Made by a program: the position numbers and the translations under genes. The notes beneath the pieces are model-generated. The model made no database searches. It saw nothing but the letters and a program-made list of their open reading frames with translations, and was not told the origin of the DNA. Positions 9,557 to 19,072 of a stretch of DNA of 64,000 bases are shown here, piece after piece (the stretch's first letter is position 1; each line of letters starts with the position of its first letter). Origin of the DNA: Candidatus Margulisiibacteriota bacterium (GTDB lineage Bacteria; Margulisbacteria; Marinamargulisbacteria; JBFWNS01); NCBI GenBank assembly GCA_050250935.1, contig JBFWNS010000009.1, forward strand, positions 1 through 64,000. The letters run 5' to 3'.

Positions 9557-10176
9557 GAGGCCTTCCAATCGATGCCTAAAGGGGATTCTAGGGCAGTCAG
9601 TTGGCCTTTGTCCAAATAAAACCACGCCTTACAAAGCGAGGCCAATTCTGCAATATCGTGGCTGGAAATTAAGACTGTCGTGGTCCCAGAAACTTGGGCC
9701 AAAGCTGTTTTTAACAGCACCCGCTGAGCCGGGTCCAAGCCAGACAAGGGTTCGTCCAACAGCAGGTTCTTGGGGGAACCCAAAAACGCTTGGGCCAAAT
9801 TTACCCGTTGGGAATAGCCCTTGGACAATGTGCCACAATAGCGATGCCGAACATCGGTTAATAAAAAAGACGCCATTTGGTGCTCCACTTCCAATAGAGG
9901 CGCTTGCTTGATGGCCGCCACCCACTTCAAAAAAGCCTCGACTGTAAAATCGGGATACAGAGCCGGTTGCTCGGGGGCATATCCCACCCCACCCTCGCAA
10001 TGGGCTTGCCCGCTATCGCAAGGAACAATGCCAGCCACGGTTTGCAAAAGTGTGGTTTTTCCTTCGCCATTTTTCCCCACCAGTCCAAACAACCCCGGAA
10101 CATTCAGCTGTAAAGAAACACCGGCCAAAACCTGGCGCCTTCCATAGGTTTTAACCACATTTTGGGCAACAATCAT
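9553..10176 (-). CDS. ABC transporter ATP-binding protein (GldA-like)
   Basis: GKNGEGKTT, LSKGYSQR, LLLDEPLSGLDP, ISSH. Confidence 0.9.
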   Translation of the reverse strand: MIVAQNVVKTYGRRQVLAGVSLQLNVPGLFGLVGKNGEGKTTLLQTVAGIVPCDSGQAHCEGGVGYAPEQPALYPDFTVEAFLKWVAAIKQAPLLEVEHQMASFLLTDVRHRYCGTLSKGYSQRVNLAQAFLGSPKNLLLDEPLSGLDPAQRVLLKTALAQVSGTTTVLISSHDIAELASLCKAWFYLDKGQLTALESPLGIDWKAS

Positions 10177-11462
10177 GGTTTTTTCTTTTTCAGAATGAAT
10201 TCGGTTTCGACCCCTTGTTTGGCGTTAAATTCTTCTTTGTCTAAATCGATGATGAGCTGATCGCAGCGCAATTTGTCGGTTTTGTCTTTGACCATGGACA
10301 CATCGCCAACCAAACTAAGTGTATTTTTGGCATCATCCAAAACCAGTTTCGAGCAGGTTGCCGTCTTGTCTGGCTGAGTAAACTTTACGGCTCCCAAGGC
10401 CGTCATAACCTTGCCTTGTTTATCCAAAACCAAATCATCGCAGGCCAAGGAAAAGGCCAGGTGAAGGGCTTTTTTGATCTCGGCACTTTTTAGTGCTTTG
10501 AGCCGTTGCGGGGTCAAAAGCCATACCAAATCCGATCCGTTTACCTTAACATGATCCCAAAAATGAATCGTGTCGGCAGTGTCTTCGTAGCGGGCAAATC
10601 CGGCTTGAATGAGCTTATCATCTTGCTTAATCACCACATTGCCAGACAGGGTGACTATTTCCCCAGAATCTGGGGTGTAATAGCCCAGTGCATTGGCCCT
10701 AAACCAGGTGGTTTTGGCCCGTAGTTGGCGCTCTCTGGCATCGATTTTCTCGTTGGTAGTTGGGTTCGCCGGCCGGGTTCCAGACACCCCGTCTGGAATT
10801 TCCGATCGATCCTCGTCGATGTAGATGGTCATGGTATTGCCGGTAACAATCATGTCGTTGGCTTCAAGTCGAAACCCATTTTTGATGGTGGCAATGTTTT
10901 TGTCGTGGTCCACTTCTACGCCTTCTTTGGGATAAATCACCGCTTTGCCTTGCTTAATGATGACCTTACCGGACAAAAAGGTTTTTTTGTTGGCGCTAAA
11001 ATAACGTAATTCTTCAGAAATAATTTTGATGGGCTTTTTAAGATCCGCGCTAGCCAGAAGCCCAGAACCAGACATTTTTTGAGATCTTCCCATTAAATCG
11101 GCTTCGATGTTTTTGCCCCAAAAAAATTTGTTTTGGGTATTGATCTGAATAGAATCGCCAGACAAATGGTCTAAAACAACAGCCTCGTTATCATCGAAAA
11201 CACGGCCAGAAAAGATTTTTTCGGCATGAATTAAATAGCGGCTTTGTCCCGACCAAATGGTCGAGGCCACGATTTGCCAACTTTTTTGAGTACCCTTGTA
11301 CCCGGTGATCTGAGACTGGGAAATTTCAACCCATTTTTCCCGTCGATTAACGGTCGAAGACAGTTGGTATCGCCAAATAAAGGGCATGGCCAACAGGAGT
11401 GTAACCCCGAGGGCCACACAGCCAATCACCACCAAACGGTTTGAAATGCGACTGTTTTTCAA
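10173..11462 (-). CDS. LptC/LptA(OstA)-like beta-jellyroll protein, membrane anchored
   Basis: N-terminal TM; ITGYKGTQKSWQIVA (LptC-like); repeated L.G.V...Q.DK...(A/C)..L..D units (OstA-like). Confidence 0.65.
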   Translation of the reverse strand: MKNSRISNRLVVIGCVALGVTLLLAMPFIWRYQLSSTVNRREKWVEISQSQITGYKGTQKSWQIVASTIWSGQSRYLIHAEKIFSGRVFDDNEAVVLDHLSGDSIQINTQNKFFWGKNIEADLMGRSQKMSGSGLLASADLKKPIKIISEELRYFSANKKTFLSGKVIIKQGKAVIYPKEGVEVDHDKNIATIKNGFRLEANDMIVTGNTMTIYIDEDRSEIPDGVSGTRPANPTTNEKIDARERQLRAKTTWFRANALGYYTPDSGEIVTLSGNVVIKQDDKLIQAGFARYEDTADTIHFWDHVKVNGSDLVWLLTPQRLKALKSAEIKKALHLAFSLACDDLVLDKQGKVMTALGAVKFTQPDKTATCSKLVLDDAKNTLSLVGDVSMVKDKTDKLRCDQLIIDLDKEEFNAKQGVETEFILKKKKP

Positions 11463-12175
11463 CGCGATGATTCCTTTTCAAAAAGCGAAAACAACTTAAA
11501 AAACAACCGAACATCGCGGTTCTCTAGAAAGGTTCTCCCCAAGATCCGACGAAACAGGTTGGTAAACGCATGGGCCCCTTTTCGGGTATCGATGGGCAAT
11601 CGGGTAACCACGGTTTCGATATAGGCATACAAACTTTCGATCGATTTCGAGTTGGCCAAGTCTTTGGGGTGCTGGTTTTGGGCATAAAGCGGAGACGACG
11701 AAAACCATTCGTAGGCATAGACCATCACCGCTTGGGCAAGGTTGAGTGCCGGATACGGGGTTGCTGTGGGAATCGAAGAAACCCAATGACACAATTCCAA
11801 CTCCTCGTTGGTTAGCCCATTGTGCTCTCTGCCAAAAACCAAGGCCACTTTTCCCGTAGCCGACAATTGAGGAGCAACGGTGGCAACCAACTCCTTGGGC
11901 GTCACCAATGGGGGGTGAGAATCGCGAATACGCTGACTGGTTCCAACCACAACCTGACAATCTTCCACAGCTTCTTGAAGACTTTGACAAACCCGAATCC
12001 CATGAACAATATCGTGGGAAGCCCAACCAAACCTAAAAATATCGTCATGCTCCAAGCTAACCTGGGGGTTCACAATGACGACATCGGATATGCCCGTGTT
12101 CTTACAGGCCCGACACACAGAACCAATGTTGCCAGGATGACCTGGCTCTACCAATACAATTCTTACCCTATTCAT
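11459..12175 (-). CDS. trmJ: TrmJ/LasT family RNA 2'-O-methyltransferase (SPOUT)
   Basis: IVLVEPGHPGNIGSVCRA, LVFGREHNGLTNEEL, YPALNLAQAV. Confidence 0.88.
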   Translation of the reverse strand: MNRVRIVLVEPGHPGNIGSVCRACKNTGISDVVIVNPQVSLEHDDIFRFGWASHDIVHGIRVCQSLQEAVEDCQVVVGTSQRIRDSHPPLVTPKELVATVAPQLSATGKVALVFGREHNGLTNEELELCHWVSSIPTATPYPALNLAQAVMVYAYEWFSSSPLYAQNQHPKDLANSKSIESLYAYIETVVTRLPIDTRKGAHAFTNLFRRILGRTFLENRDVRLFFKLFSLFEKESSR

Positions 12176-12192
12176 GAGGAAGACAGTGTATC

Positions 12193-12226
12193 AAAAAAAA
12201 ATCCCCGACAGTAGTGCCGGGGATTC
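12193..12226 (-). terminator. Rho-independent terminator after the small basic protein gene
   Basis: Minus strand AATCCCCGGCA-CTAC-TGTCGGGGATT followed by a T run. Confidence 0.85.
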
Positions 12227-12251
12227 TTTAGTTTTTAATTAAATTAAAAAA

Positions 12252-12458
12252 CTATTCAACAGGAGCTGTAATTTTGTCCCAATCTGCTTTGCTGCAGAAT
12301 TTGGTCAATTTACGACCGTCGTGAGAAGCGCGCAATGCATAGCGAACTTGCTTGCTGCCGTCTTTCAATTTTCTTTCGTATTTTGTTTTCTTAATATTGG
12401 CCGCACCAACACTCACTTTTTTACGGGTCTTAACATCATAAAATTCAACGTTTGCCAT
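12252..12458 (-). CDS. Small basic protein (68 aa), possible nucleic-acid/chromatin-binding protein
   Basis: Strong GGAGG SD, own terminator, Lys/Arg-rich; begins MANVEFYDVKTRKKV. Confidence 0.75.
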   Translation of the reverse strand: MANVEFYDVKTRKKVSVGAANIKKTKYERKLKDGSKQVRYALRASHDGRKLTKFCSKADWDKITAPVE

Positions 12459-12562
12459 TTAAGATCTACCTCCATTTTTGGTTTGCTAACAATATGGTAT
12501 TGGATTAGCTTGGGCCCTATTTTAACGACCGAAGTCACGCTCGTCCAGCACGAATTTTTTTT

Positions 12563-13879
12563 CTACAATCTTGACCGTTTTAAACTGTATTGGAAAACTG
12601 TTCGCTGGCCGGGATTTACGGTCAGTTTTGAGCGTATCTGTGTGCTTGCTACGCGATCGTAAGGTTGGGACGAGGACAGAATCTCTGCATCTGCAGGGAC
12701 ACTGTCTACAACCTCGACAACCACAGTTTCGGCTTTGTAGTTGCTCATGGTAATCGAGTAGGACTCTGTGGTTTCTTTGCCCACAGTCTTGGAATCCACT
12801 TGGGTTTTTCGCCCTGTAATATCCAGCGCTTTGCCGTAGGGAATTTCCCGATCCTGATTTCTGGACGTCGACGCCAAAAACTGCTCACCCAAAAACACCT
12901 GCTGTTTTGAAAACAACATGGCCTTGCCGCTGGGCAAAGGAAAACCCGTGGTATTGGCAAACACCAAAATGCTCTCTGCGTAACCTGTTTTATCTTTACT
13001 CAAAAACGAGTTTTCGGGATAAAACCGATACAGCTTCTGGCATTTTATTAATTTGGGTTTGAACAAGGGCAAGGCCAACATGCCACCTTGTTTTAAATCG
13101 GCTTTATCTGTCAATCGAAATAAAAAATAATCGTCCTGAGCGCTGGGTTCGGCAGAGGCCACTGCCATCGAACGCAACATCATGGGGTCTCGGGACGATT
13201 TGCTTAGAAAATGCGGATCCCCCACTTGCACTTCGACCGTCATGCCCATAAAAGGGAGGGTGCTGTTGTTGTTAATCAAAACATAGGGTTGTAGCTCGAC
13301 TTGCGAATACTTCTCGTCCAAAATTATGCGATACTGAATTTCAGAGGTTAGGGAGGGCACAAAATAAGACAGGGTAACGGGGATACGGTCTTTAGACAGC
13401 CAAGGCAAGGCTATCGTAACCGTTGGCGAATAGGTATTGCCTTCCATTCGCGGAAAACGAATGGGAACATCAACACCGATACTTAAAATTTGGTCTCCAA
13501 GTCGAACCATCATCATTGGGGTTGAGCTGCTGGACGAATCCAGAGCAACCAATTCCACGTCCTCAAAGCGCCCATTCACCAAAACAGAGATGGTAGAGCC
13601 AATGTACTTTTGCAACAACTGATCCTTTTTGGCTGCATCGAACCGATAGGACCAATACAGGCAGTCCAAATCGTGGATTTGAATGGTTTGAGGATCCACA
13701 TCTCCGGGCAATCCCGACACCACCACTTTGTTTTTGTCCACGACCTGAACATCTCGGTATGTGTTTAAAACCAAGCTTTGACGTCCGGGAAAAAACAACA
13801 CCCTATTGGATGCTTCTTGCCCAAAACAAAGCCCAACAGAGAGAACCAAAACCAAAACGGTGCTACATAGTTTTTGCAA
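12563..13879 (-). CDS. DUF4139/DUF4140-like exported protein
   Basis: Signal peptide; VSGLPGDVDPQTI, YRFD...LLQKYIG, NTTGFPLPSGK, YSITMSNYKAETVVVEVVD. Confidence 0.75.
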   Translation of the reverse strand: MQKLCSTVLVLVLSVGLCFGQEASNRVLFFPGRQSLVLNTYRDVQVVDKNKVVVSGLPGDVDPQTIQIHDLDCLYWSYRFDAAKKDQLLQKYIGSTISVLVNGRFEDVELVALDSSSSSTPMMMVRLGDQILSIGVDVPIRFPRMEGNTYSPTVTIALPWLSKDRIPVTLSYFVPSLTSEIQYRIILDEKYSQVELQPYVLINNNSTLPFMGMTVEVQVGDPHFLSKSSRDPMMLRSMAVASAEPSAQDDYFLFRLTDKADLKQGGMLALPLFKPKLIKCQKLYRFYPENSFLSKDKTGYAESILVFANTTGFPLPSGKAMLFSKQQVFLGEQFLASTSRNQDREIPYGKALDITGRKTQVDSKTVGKETTESYSITMSNYKAETVVVEVVDSVPADAEILSSSQPYDRVASTQIRSKLTVNPGQRTVFQYSLKRSRL

Positions 13880-14480
13880 TTTTCACCATCTCCTGCATTT
13901 TATTGTAGTCCTTTTTGCCTGGCGAAGACTCGACGCCGCTGGACAAATCGATGGCATAGGGATTGACCAACTGAATGGCTTTTTTGACATTGCTGCTGTT
14001 AATACCGCCAGCCAAAACCACAGGAACCCCAACATTTTTGGCCCGCAAAGCCAGCCCCCAATCGAAGGTTTTACCGGTTCCCCCTTCCATGTTCGGGATT
14101 TTGGTATCCAACAACACACCAGAAACCACATCACGGTAGGCTGCAATCCCCGATAAATCATCCAATTCGGCAACTTTAAAAGCTTTTAGAACACGGCGAA
14201 TCATTTGAGAACAAAATTCTGGAGACTCATCCCCATGAAGCTGAATCAGATCCAGAAAACAGCGTCGTGCAATTTCGTCGATTTCGGCTTTGCTTTGGTT
14301 CACAAACACCCCTACTACTTTAACAAAAGGCGGCAAGGCCTTAATGATTTGTTCGGCTTTTTCCGGCGCCACATAACGGGGACTTTTTTCATAAAAAATA
14401 AAGCCCAGTGCATCGACACCCAATGTGACCGCATCGACGGCATCGTCCATGGTTGTGATTCCGCAAATTTTGATGTTCAT
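13863..14480 (-). CDS. trpF: Phosphoribosylanthranilate isomerase
   Basis: KICGIT, LGFIFYEKSPRYV, IQLHGDE, GGTGKTFDW, LAGG, DLSSGVE. Confidence 0.96.
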   Translation of the reverse strand: MNIKICGITTMDDAVDAVTLGVDALGFIFYEKSPRYVAPEKAEQIIKALPPFVKVVGVFVNQSKAEIDEIARRCFLDLIQLHGDESPEFCSQMIRRVLKAFKVAELDDLSGIAAYRDVVSGVLLDTKIPNMEGGTGKTFDWGLALRAKNVGVPVVLAGGINSSNVKKAIQLVNPYAIDLSSGVESSPGKKDYNKMQEMVKIAKTM

Positions 14481-15262
14481 ACCTGTCTCCTAAAATAATC
14501 GAACAAACCTTCGTGGTTTTTGGCAAGGCCTTCGCCAATCAGAACGGCTGTGCAACCGGCTTGGTGAACCGTCTCTAGCTCGCCCAAATTTTGATAGCCA
14601 CTTTCGGCCACCACAACCCCAGAAAATCCCGATTTTTTTAGGCGTTCTGTCAGGCGAATGGCTGTGTTTAAATCCACATCAAAGGTGCCCAGATTGCGGT
14701 TGTTAATGCCAATCATATTGACTGGCAATGTCAAAACTTGGTCCAACTCTGCTTCAGAATGGACTTCAACCAAGACGGACAATCCCAATGTTTTTGCCAG
14801 GGCCAATAGTTGATTTGCATCTTCCAAGCTCAGGCAAGCCATGATCAATAAGATGGCATCGGCTCCTGCGACTTTGGATTCGTATACTTGGATGGGGTCT
14901 AAAATGAAATCTTTGCGCAAAACAGGCAACTGAACCTGTTCTTTAATACGCTTGATGTAGGACAAGTGACCTTGAAAAAACGTTTCGTCGGTTAAAACAG
15001 ACAGGGCCGAAGCCCCAGAAGCCTGAAACGATTTGGCCAATTGAATCGGATCAAAATCAGCCCGAATGACACCTTTGGAAGGCGAGGCTTTTTTGACTTC
15101 GGAAATCAATTTTAGCCGATCTGATTTTTGGGCCAGAGCAGAAAAAAACGTCCCTTGCGTGGTACCCAGAGCTTCAGCCTCGTGTTGGAAGGTTGTCAGC
15201 CCAAATTGGGTGTAAAGGGCGTGAATTTCGTGTTGCTTTTGGGTAATGATGGTTTTAAGCAT
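14477..15262 (-). CDS. trpC: Indole-3-glycerol phosphate synthase
   Basis: EVKKASPSKG, LSVLTD, LRKDF, GINNRNL, VAESG. Confidence 0.96.
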   Translation of the reverse strand: MLKTIITQKQHEIHALYTQFGLTTFQHEAEALGTTQGTFFSALAQKSDRLKLISEVKKASPSKGVIRADFDPIQLAKSFQASGASALSVLTDETFFQGHLSYIKRIKEQVQLPVLRKDFILDPIQVYESKVAGADAILLIMACLSLEDANQLLALAKTLGLSVLVEVHSEAELDQVLTLPVNMIGINNRNLGTFDVDLNTAIRLTERLKKSGFSGVVVAESGYQNLGELETVHQAGCTAVLIGEGLAKNHEGLFDYFRRQV

Positions 15263-16121
15263 TGGATTCCATGACCTGTCCTCTGTCTAGGGTTAAGTAT
15301 AGCTTGGAATTTTCTGGGACAGAATGGGTCAACCAGACATTGCCGCCGATAATAGAGCCCCGGCCAATGACAGTTTTTCCGCCCAAAATGGTGGCTTTTG
15401 AATACACGGTCACATGGTCATCCAGCGTGGGATGGCGCTTGCCCTGTGATTTTTCTTTGGAAACACTCAAAGCACCCAAGGTTACCCCTTGATACAATTT
15501 TACATGCTCGCCGATGACTGCGGTTTCGCCTATGACAATCCCTGTGCCATGATCGATGCAGAAATGTCGGCCTATTTGGGCCGATGGGTGAATGTCAATT
15601 CCGGTTTCGGAGTGGGCTATTTCTGTCATTAACCTGGGAATTAGAGGGACATTTTGAATGGCCAAAAAATGAGCCATTCGGTAAACCGTTATGGCCTGAA
15701 AACCGGGATAGGACAATAAAATTTCTTGCTCACTTTTGGCAGCAGGATCCCCTTTAAAAATGGCGATGGCATCTTCTTTAAGCCGAGCTCGAATTTCTGG
15801 AATTTCTGACAAAAACAAACCACAAACAGACTCTGCCTTTACTTCGACGTCTTCTTCTTTGGCCCATTTAAAGACCTTTACCAACTCGTGTTTTAAGGTT
15901 CCATAACAAGCCAAAACCTTGGCTTCGGTTACAATTTCCAATTCTTTGGAACACACAGGCTCTGATTCAAAATAGCCCGGGAAAAGCAGTTCTTTAAGGC
16001 CGTCGATCAACTCGTGGATGGTGTGTCTGGAGGGCAGATGCTCGCCGTCGATCAGGTTCAGAGAGCCCAAGTCTTTATAGGATTTCAAAATGGCTTTTGA
16101 AACGGCGTTTAAATGGCTCAT
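15255..16121 (-). CDS. cysE: Serine O-acetyltransferase
   Basis: GDPAA, YPG, TGIDIHPSAQIG, IDHGTGIVIGET, KRHPTL. Start at MSHLN overlapping the argF stop. Confidence 0.92.
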   Translation of the reverse strand: MSHLNAVSKAILKSYKDLGSLNLIDGEHLPSRHTIHELIDGLKELLFPGYFESEPVCSKELEIVTEAKVLACYGTLKHELVKVFKWAKEEDVEVKAESVCGLFLSEIPEIRARLKEDAIAIFKGDPAAKSEQEILLSYPGFQAITVYRMAHFLAIQNVPLIPRLMTEIAHSETGIDIHPSAQIGRHFCIDHGTGIVIGETAVIGEHVKLYQGVTLGALSVSKEKSQGKRHPTLDDHVTVYSKATILGGKTVIGRGSIIGGNVWLTHSVPENSKLYLTLDRGQVMESNA

Positions 16122-17002
16122 GAAAGGGCCCTTACCAACAATCCTTTTTGGGCATGCATGCGGTTTTCGGCTTGGTCGAAGATTTTGGAATACGATTGAT
16201 CCAAAACTGCAGCTGCCACTTCTTCGCCACGATGGGCTGGCAAACAATGCAGAAAAATAGCCTCGGAATCCGCCTGATTCATCAGATCGGTTGTGACCGT
16301 GAATCCCGAAAACGCTTGTAACCGTTTTTGGTGTTCAGACTCTTGGCCCATCGAGGCCCAGACATCGGTATATAGGGCATGGGCTCCTTGTGCACCGGCC
16401 ATGGGATCGTGGGTTAAGGTGTAGGTCCAGGTGGAAGGAACTACCGGCTCATAGCCTTTTGGACAGGCCACGGTTACATGGATGCCCAGTTTTTGGGCAA
16501 TTTCAATTAAGGAATAACACACATTATTCCCATCGCCGATATAGGTTAATTTAAGGCCGTCCAAGCGACCAAAATTTTCTTGCAGGGTTAAGACATCGGC
16601 CAGCGCTTGGCAGGGATGGGCCAAATCAGACAACCCATTAATCACCGGCACACTGGAAGACGCGGCCAAGGCTTCGATATCAGCGTGACTGTTGGCCCGA
16701 ATCATGATGCCATCAACATAGCGGGACAATACTTGGGCCACATCGGCGATGGGCTCTCGTTTTCCCAACCCCATTTCGTGTTCTTGCAAATGCACCACAT
16801 CGCCACCCAATTGCTTCATCCCCACCTCAAAAGACACCCGGGTTCGGGTCGAGGGTTTTTGAAAAATCAAAGCCAGGGTTTTGCCCGAAAGCACCGGCGT
16901 TCTTTGGCCAGCTTTAAGGTCCTTTTTTAATGTTTCGGCGGTGTTTAATAGGGCCAATAAACTGGCCGTTGTTTCGTGTTCAAAAGTCAACAAATGGTTC
17001 AT
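16118..17002 (-). CDS. argF: Ornithine carbamoyltransferase
   Basis: FQKPSTRTRVSFE, HPCQ, YTDVWASMG, FLHCLPAHRG, QAENR. Confidence 0.96.
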   Translation of the reverse strand: MNHLLTFEHETTASLLALLNTAETLKKDLKAGQRTPVLSGKTLALIFQKPSTRTRVSFEVGMKQLGGDVVHLQEHEMGLGKREPIADVAQVLSRYVDGIMIRANSHADIEALAASSSVPVINGLSDLAHPCQALADVLTLQENFGRLDGLKLTYIGDGNNVCYSLIEIAQKLGIHVTVACPKGYEPVVPSTWTYTLTHDPMAGAQGAHALYTDVWASMGQESEHQKRLQAFSGFTVTTDLMNQADSEAIFLHCLPAHRGEEVAAAVLDQSYSKIFDQAENRMHAQKGLLVRALS

Positions 17003-17865
17003 GAGCGTTCCTTTTTCAAAAACATGGTCCCTATACCCACATCGGTAAACATTTCCAACAGAACCGCATGATCCAGTTTTCCATTCACAATATGGACACT
17101 TTCAACGCCGCCTTCCAGGGCATCGATCACGCAATTCAGTTTGGGCAACATGCCGCCTTGTACATCGGGATGATTTCGGAATTCTTTGGCTTCTTTTAAG
17201 GATACAGAAGGCACCAAATCACCGTTAATAAGCAGCCCTGGCACATCGGTCATAAAAACGAGCTTTAAAACGCCCAACGCCTTGGCAATACCGGCCGCCA
17301 CATGGTCGGCATTCAAATTCAAACTTTCGCCTTCGTTGCTAATCCCAATCGACGAAACAACAGGAATATAGCCCTTTTCGGACAGGGTGTTCAGTAGCAC
17401 CGTATCAACATTGTCGATATCGCCCACCAACCCCAAATCTTGATTGCTTTTGGAACGGATTTTTTTGCCTGTGAACAAATTCGCATCTTTGCCGGACAGC
17501 CCTACCGCTTTGCCCCCATTTTGGTTAATGGCCGACACAATTTGACTGTTAATTTTACCCGATAACACCATTTCGGTAATTTCCATGGTTTCAGAATCGG
17601 TAAAGCGCAATCCATCAATAAAAACGGGTTCTTTTCCAACTTTTTTAACCCATTTTGAAATTTCTTTGCCCCCACCATGAACCACCACCGGGTGCATGCC
17701 CACATATTTGAGCAGGGCAATGTCCTTGGCAAACATGGTTTGTTGCTCGTCGCTCATCACCAAAGAGCCGCCATATTTGACGACCACTGTTTTTCCAAAG
17801 AATTTTCGAATATAAGGTAGGGCTTCTACAAGAACGGTCGCTTTTTCAATTTTTTTGGTATGCAT
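16999..17865 (-). CDS. argB: Acetylglutamate kinase
   Basis: EALPYI, VVKYGG, VHGGG, GLRFTD, NLNAD, GGMLPK. Confidence 0.96.
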   Translation of the reverse strand: MHTKKIEKATVLVEALPYIRKFFGKTVVVKYGGSLVMSDEQQTMFAKDIALLKYVGMHPVVVHGGGKEISKWVKKVGKEPVFIDGLRFTDSETMEITEMVLSGKINSQIVSAINQNGGKAVGLSGKDANLFTGKKIRSKSNQDLGLVGDIDNVDTVLLNTLSEKGYIPVVSSIGISNEGESLNLNADHVAAGIAKALGVLKLVFMTDVPGLLINGDLVPSVSLKEAKEFRNHPDVQGGMLPKLNCVIDALEGGVESVHIVNGKLDHAVLLEMFTDVGIGTMFLKKERS

Positions 17866-17879
17866 GGCTGTCCTTTAGC

Positions 17880-19061
17880 TTACGAATATTGGGTATTAAT
17901 GTCGATGTAGCCTTTGGTCAGATCGCAGCCCCAAGCGGTGGCCGCGGATTTCCCCAGATTTAAATTGAGGGTGATCTGAACGGTATCCCCAGATAGCATG
18001 GTTCGCAAGGCTTTGACATCGAAGGCTGTGGGAGCCCCTTTTTCGAAAACCAAAACCTCGCCAAAATGAAGGGTGGCTTTGGCAGGGTTTAATTTCGCCT
18101 CTTCGACTTTTCCCGCTGCGGCCATAACACGCCCCCAATTGGGATCTGCGCCATGGATGGCCGTCTTGACCAAGGGCGAATTGACGATGCTCAAGGCCAA
18201 TCGTTTGGCATCTTTTACCGACGCTGCTTGATTAACGGTGACTTCGATCAGTTTGGTGGCACCCTCCCCGTCTTTGGCAATCAGTTTCGCCAAATGGGTG
18301 CAAGCCTCGGTTAGCAAGTCCAAAAAGGCCTGCCACTCGGCTTTGTCTTGGACCGAAAACTGGCGCTCTCCGGTTGCTTGAATCAGAACCATGTCGTTGG
18401 TCGAGGTATCGGTATCCACAGAAATCATATTAAAGGACCGGTTCACCGCATGGCTTAGCGCTTCTTGCAAATGGGCATGATCCAGGTTTGCATTGGTGAC
18501 TAGAAAGCCCAGCATCGTGGCCATATTTGGGGCAATCATGCCAGACCCTTTGGCCATGCCAGCAACAACGATATTTTTTTTACCGATTTTTTTTTGCACA
18601 AACACCTCTTTGACACAGAGGTCTGTGGTCATAATGGCCTTTGCCAAAACATCGCCATGACGAACCTTAGGGGTTTTAAGCAAGGTGTTTAAACCCGCTT
18701 CGACTTTATCCATGGGCAATGGAACCCCGATAATACCCGTTGAGGCAACTGCCACCTCGCTGGGCAATAGCCCCAATTTTTCGGCTGCTAGAGCAGCTGT
18801 TTTTTTAACATCCTTTGCCCCCTGTTCGCCAGTGGCAGCGTTGGCATTACCCGCATTCACCACAACCGCTTTAACGATGTGTCGATCGTTGTTCTTTTTA
18901 TTAAAAACAACACAGGGTGCCGCCACTTTGTTTTGGGTAAACACCCCAGCCGATGCCACAGCACCAGGCACAAAAATATATCCCAAATCCAATTTATTGG
19001 GTTTAATACCAGACGCCAAAGCCGCGGCGTAAACACCGTCCAAGTCTGTGATATGGGCCAT
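17880..19061 (-). CDS. argJ: Bifunctional glutamate N-acetyltransferase/ornithine acetyltransferase
   Basis: NAGNANAATG, STGIIG, IMTTD, KGSGMIAPNMATML, DTSTND, DGEGATK. Confidence 0.96.
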   Translation of the reverse strand: MAHITDLDGVYAAALASGIKPNKLDLGYIFVPGAVASAGVFTQNKVAAPCVVFNKKNNDRHIVKAVVVNAGNANAATGEQGAKDVKKTAALAAEKLGLLPSEVAVASTGIIGVPLPMDKVEAGLNTLLKTPKVRHGDVLAKAIMTTDLCVKEVFVQKKIGKKNIVVAGMAKGSGMIAPNMATMLGFLVTNANLDHAHLQEALSHAVNRSFNMISVDTDTSTNDMVLIQATGERQFSVQDKAEWQAFLDLLTEACTHLAKLIAKDGEGATKLIEVTVNQAASVKDAKRLALSIVNSPLVKTAIHGADPNWGRVMAAAGKVEEAKLNPAKATLHFGEVLVFEKGAPTAFDVKALRTMLSGDTVQITLNLNLGKSAATAWGCDLTKGYIDINTQYS

Positions 19062-19072
19062 TGTTGTTCTCC

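Noticed and set aside
18574..18595. Long T runs (A runs on the coding strand) in argJ as phase-variation sites
   Set aside because: The frame is intact and they encode Lys-rich sequence in a housekeeping gene
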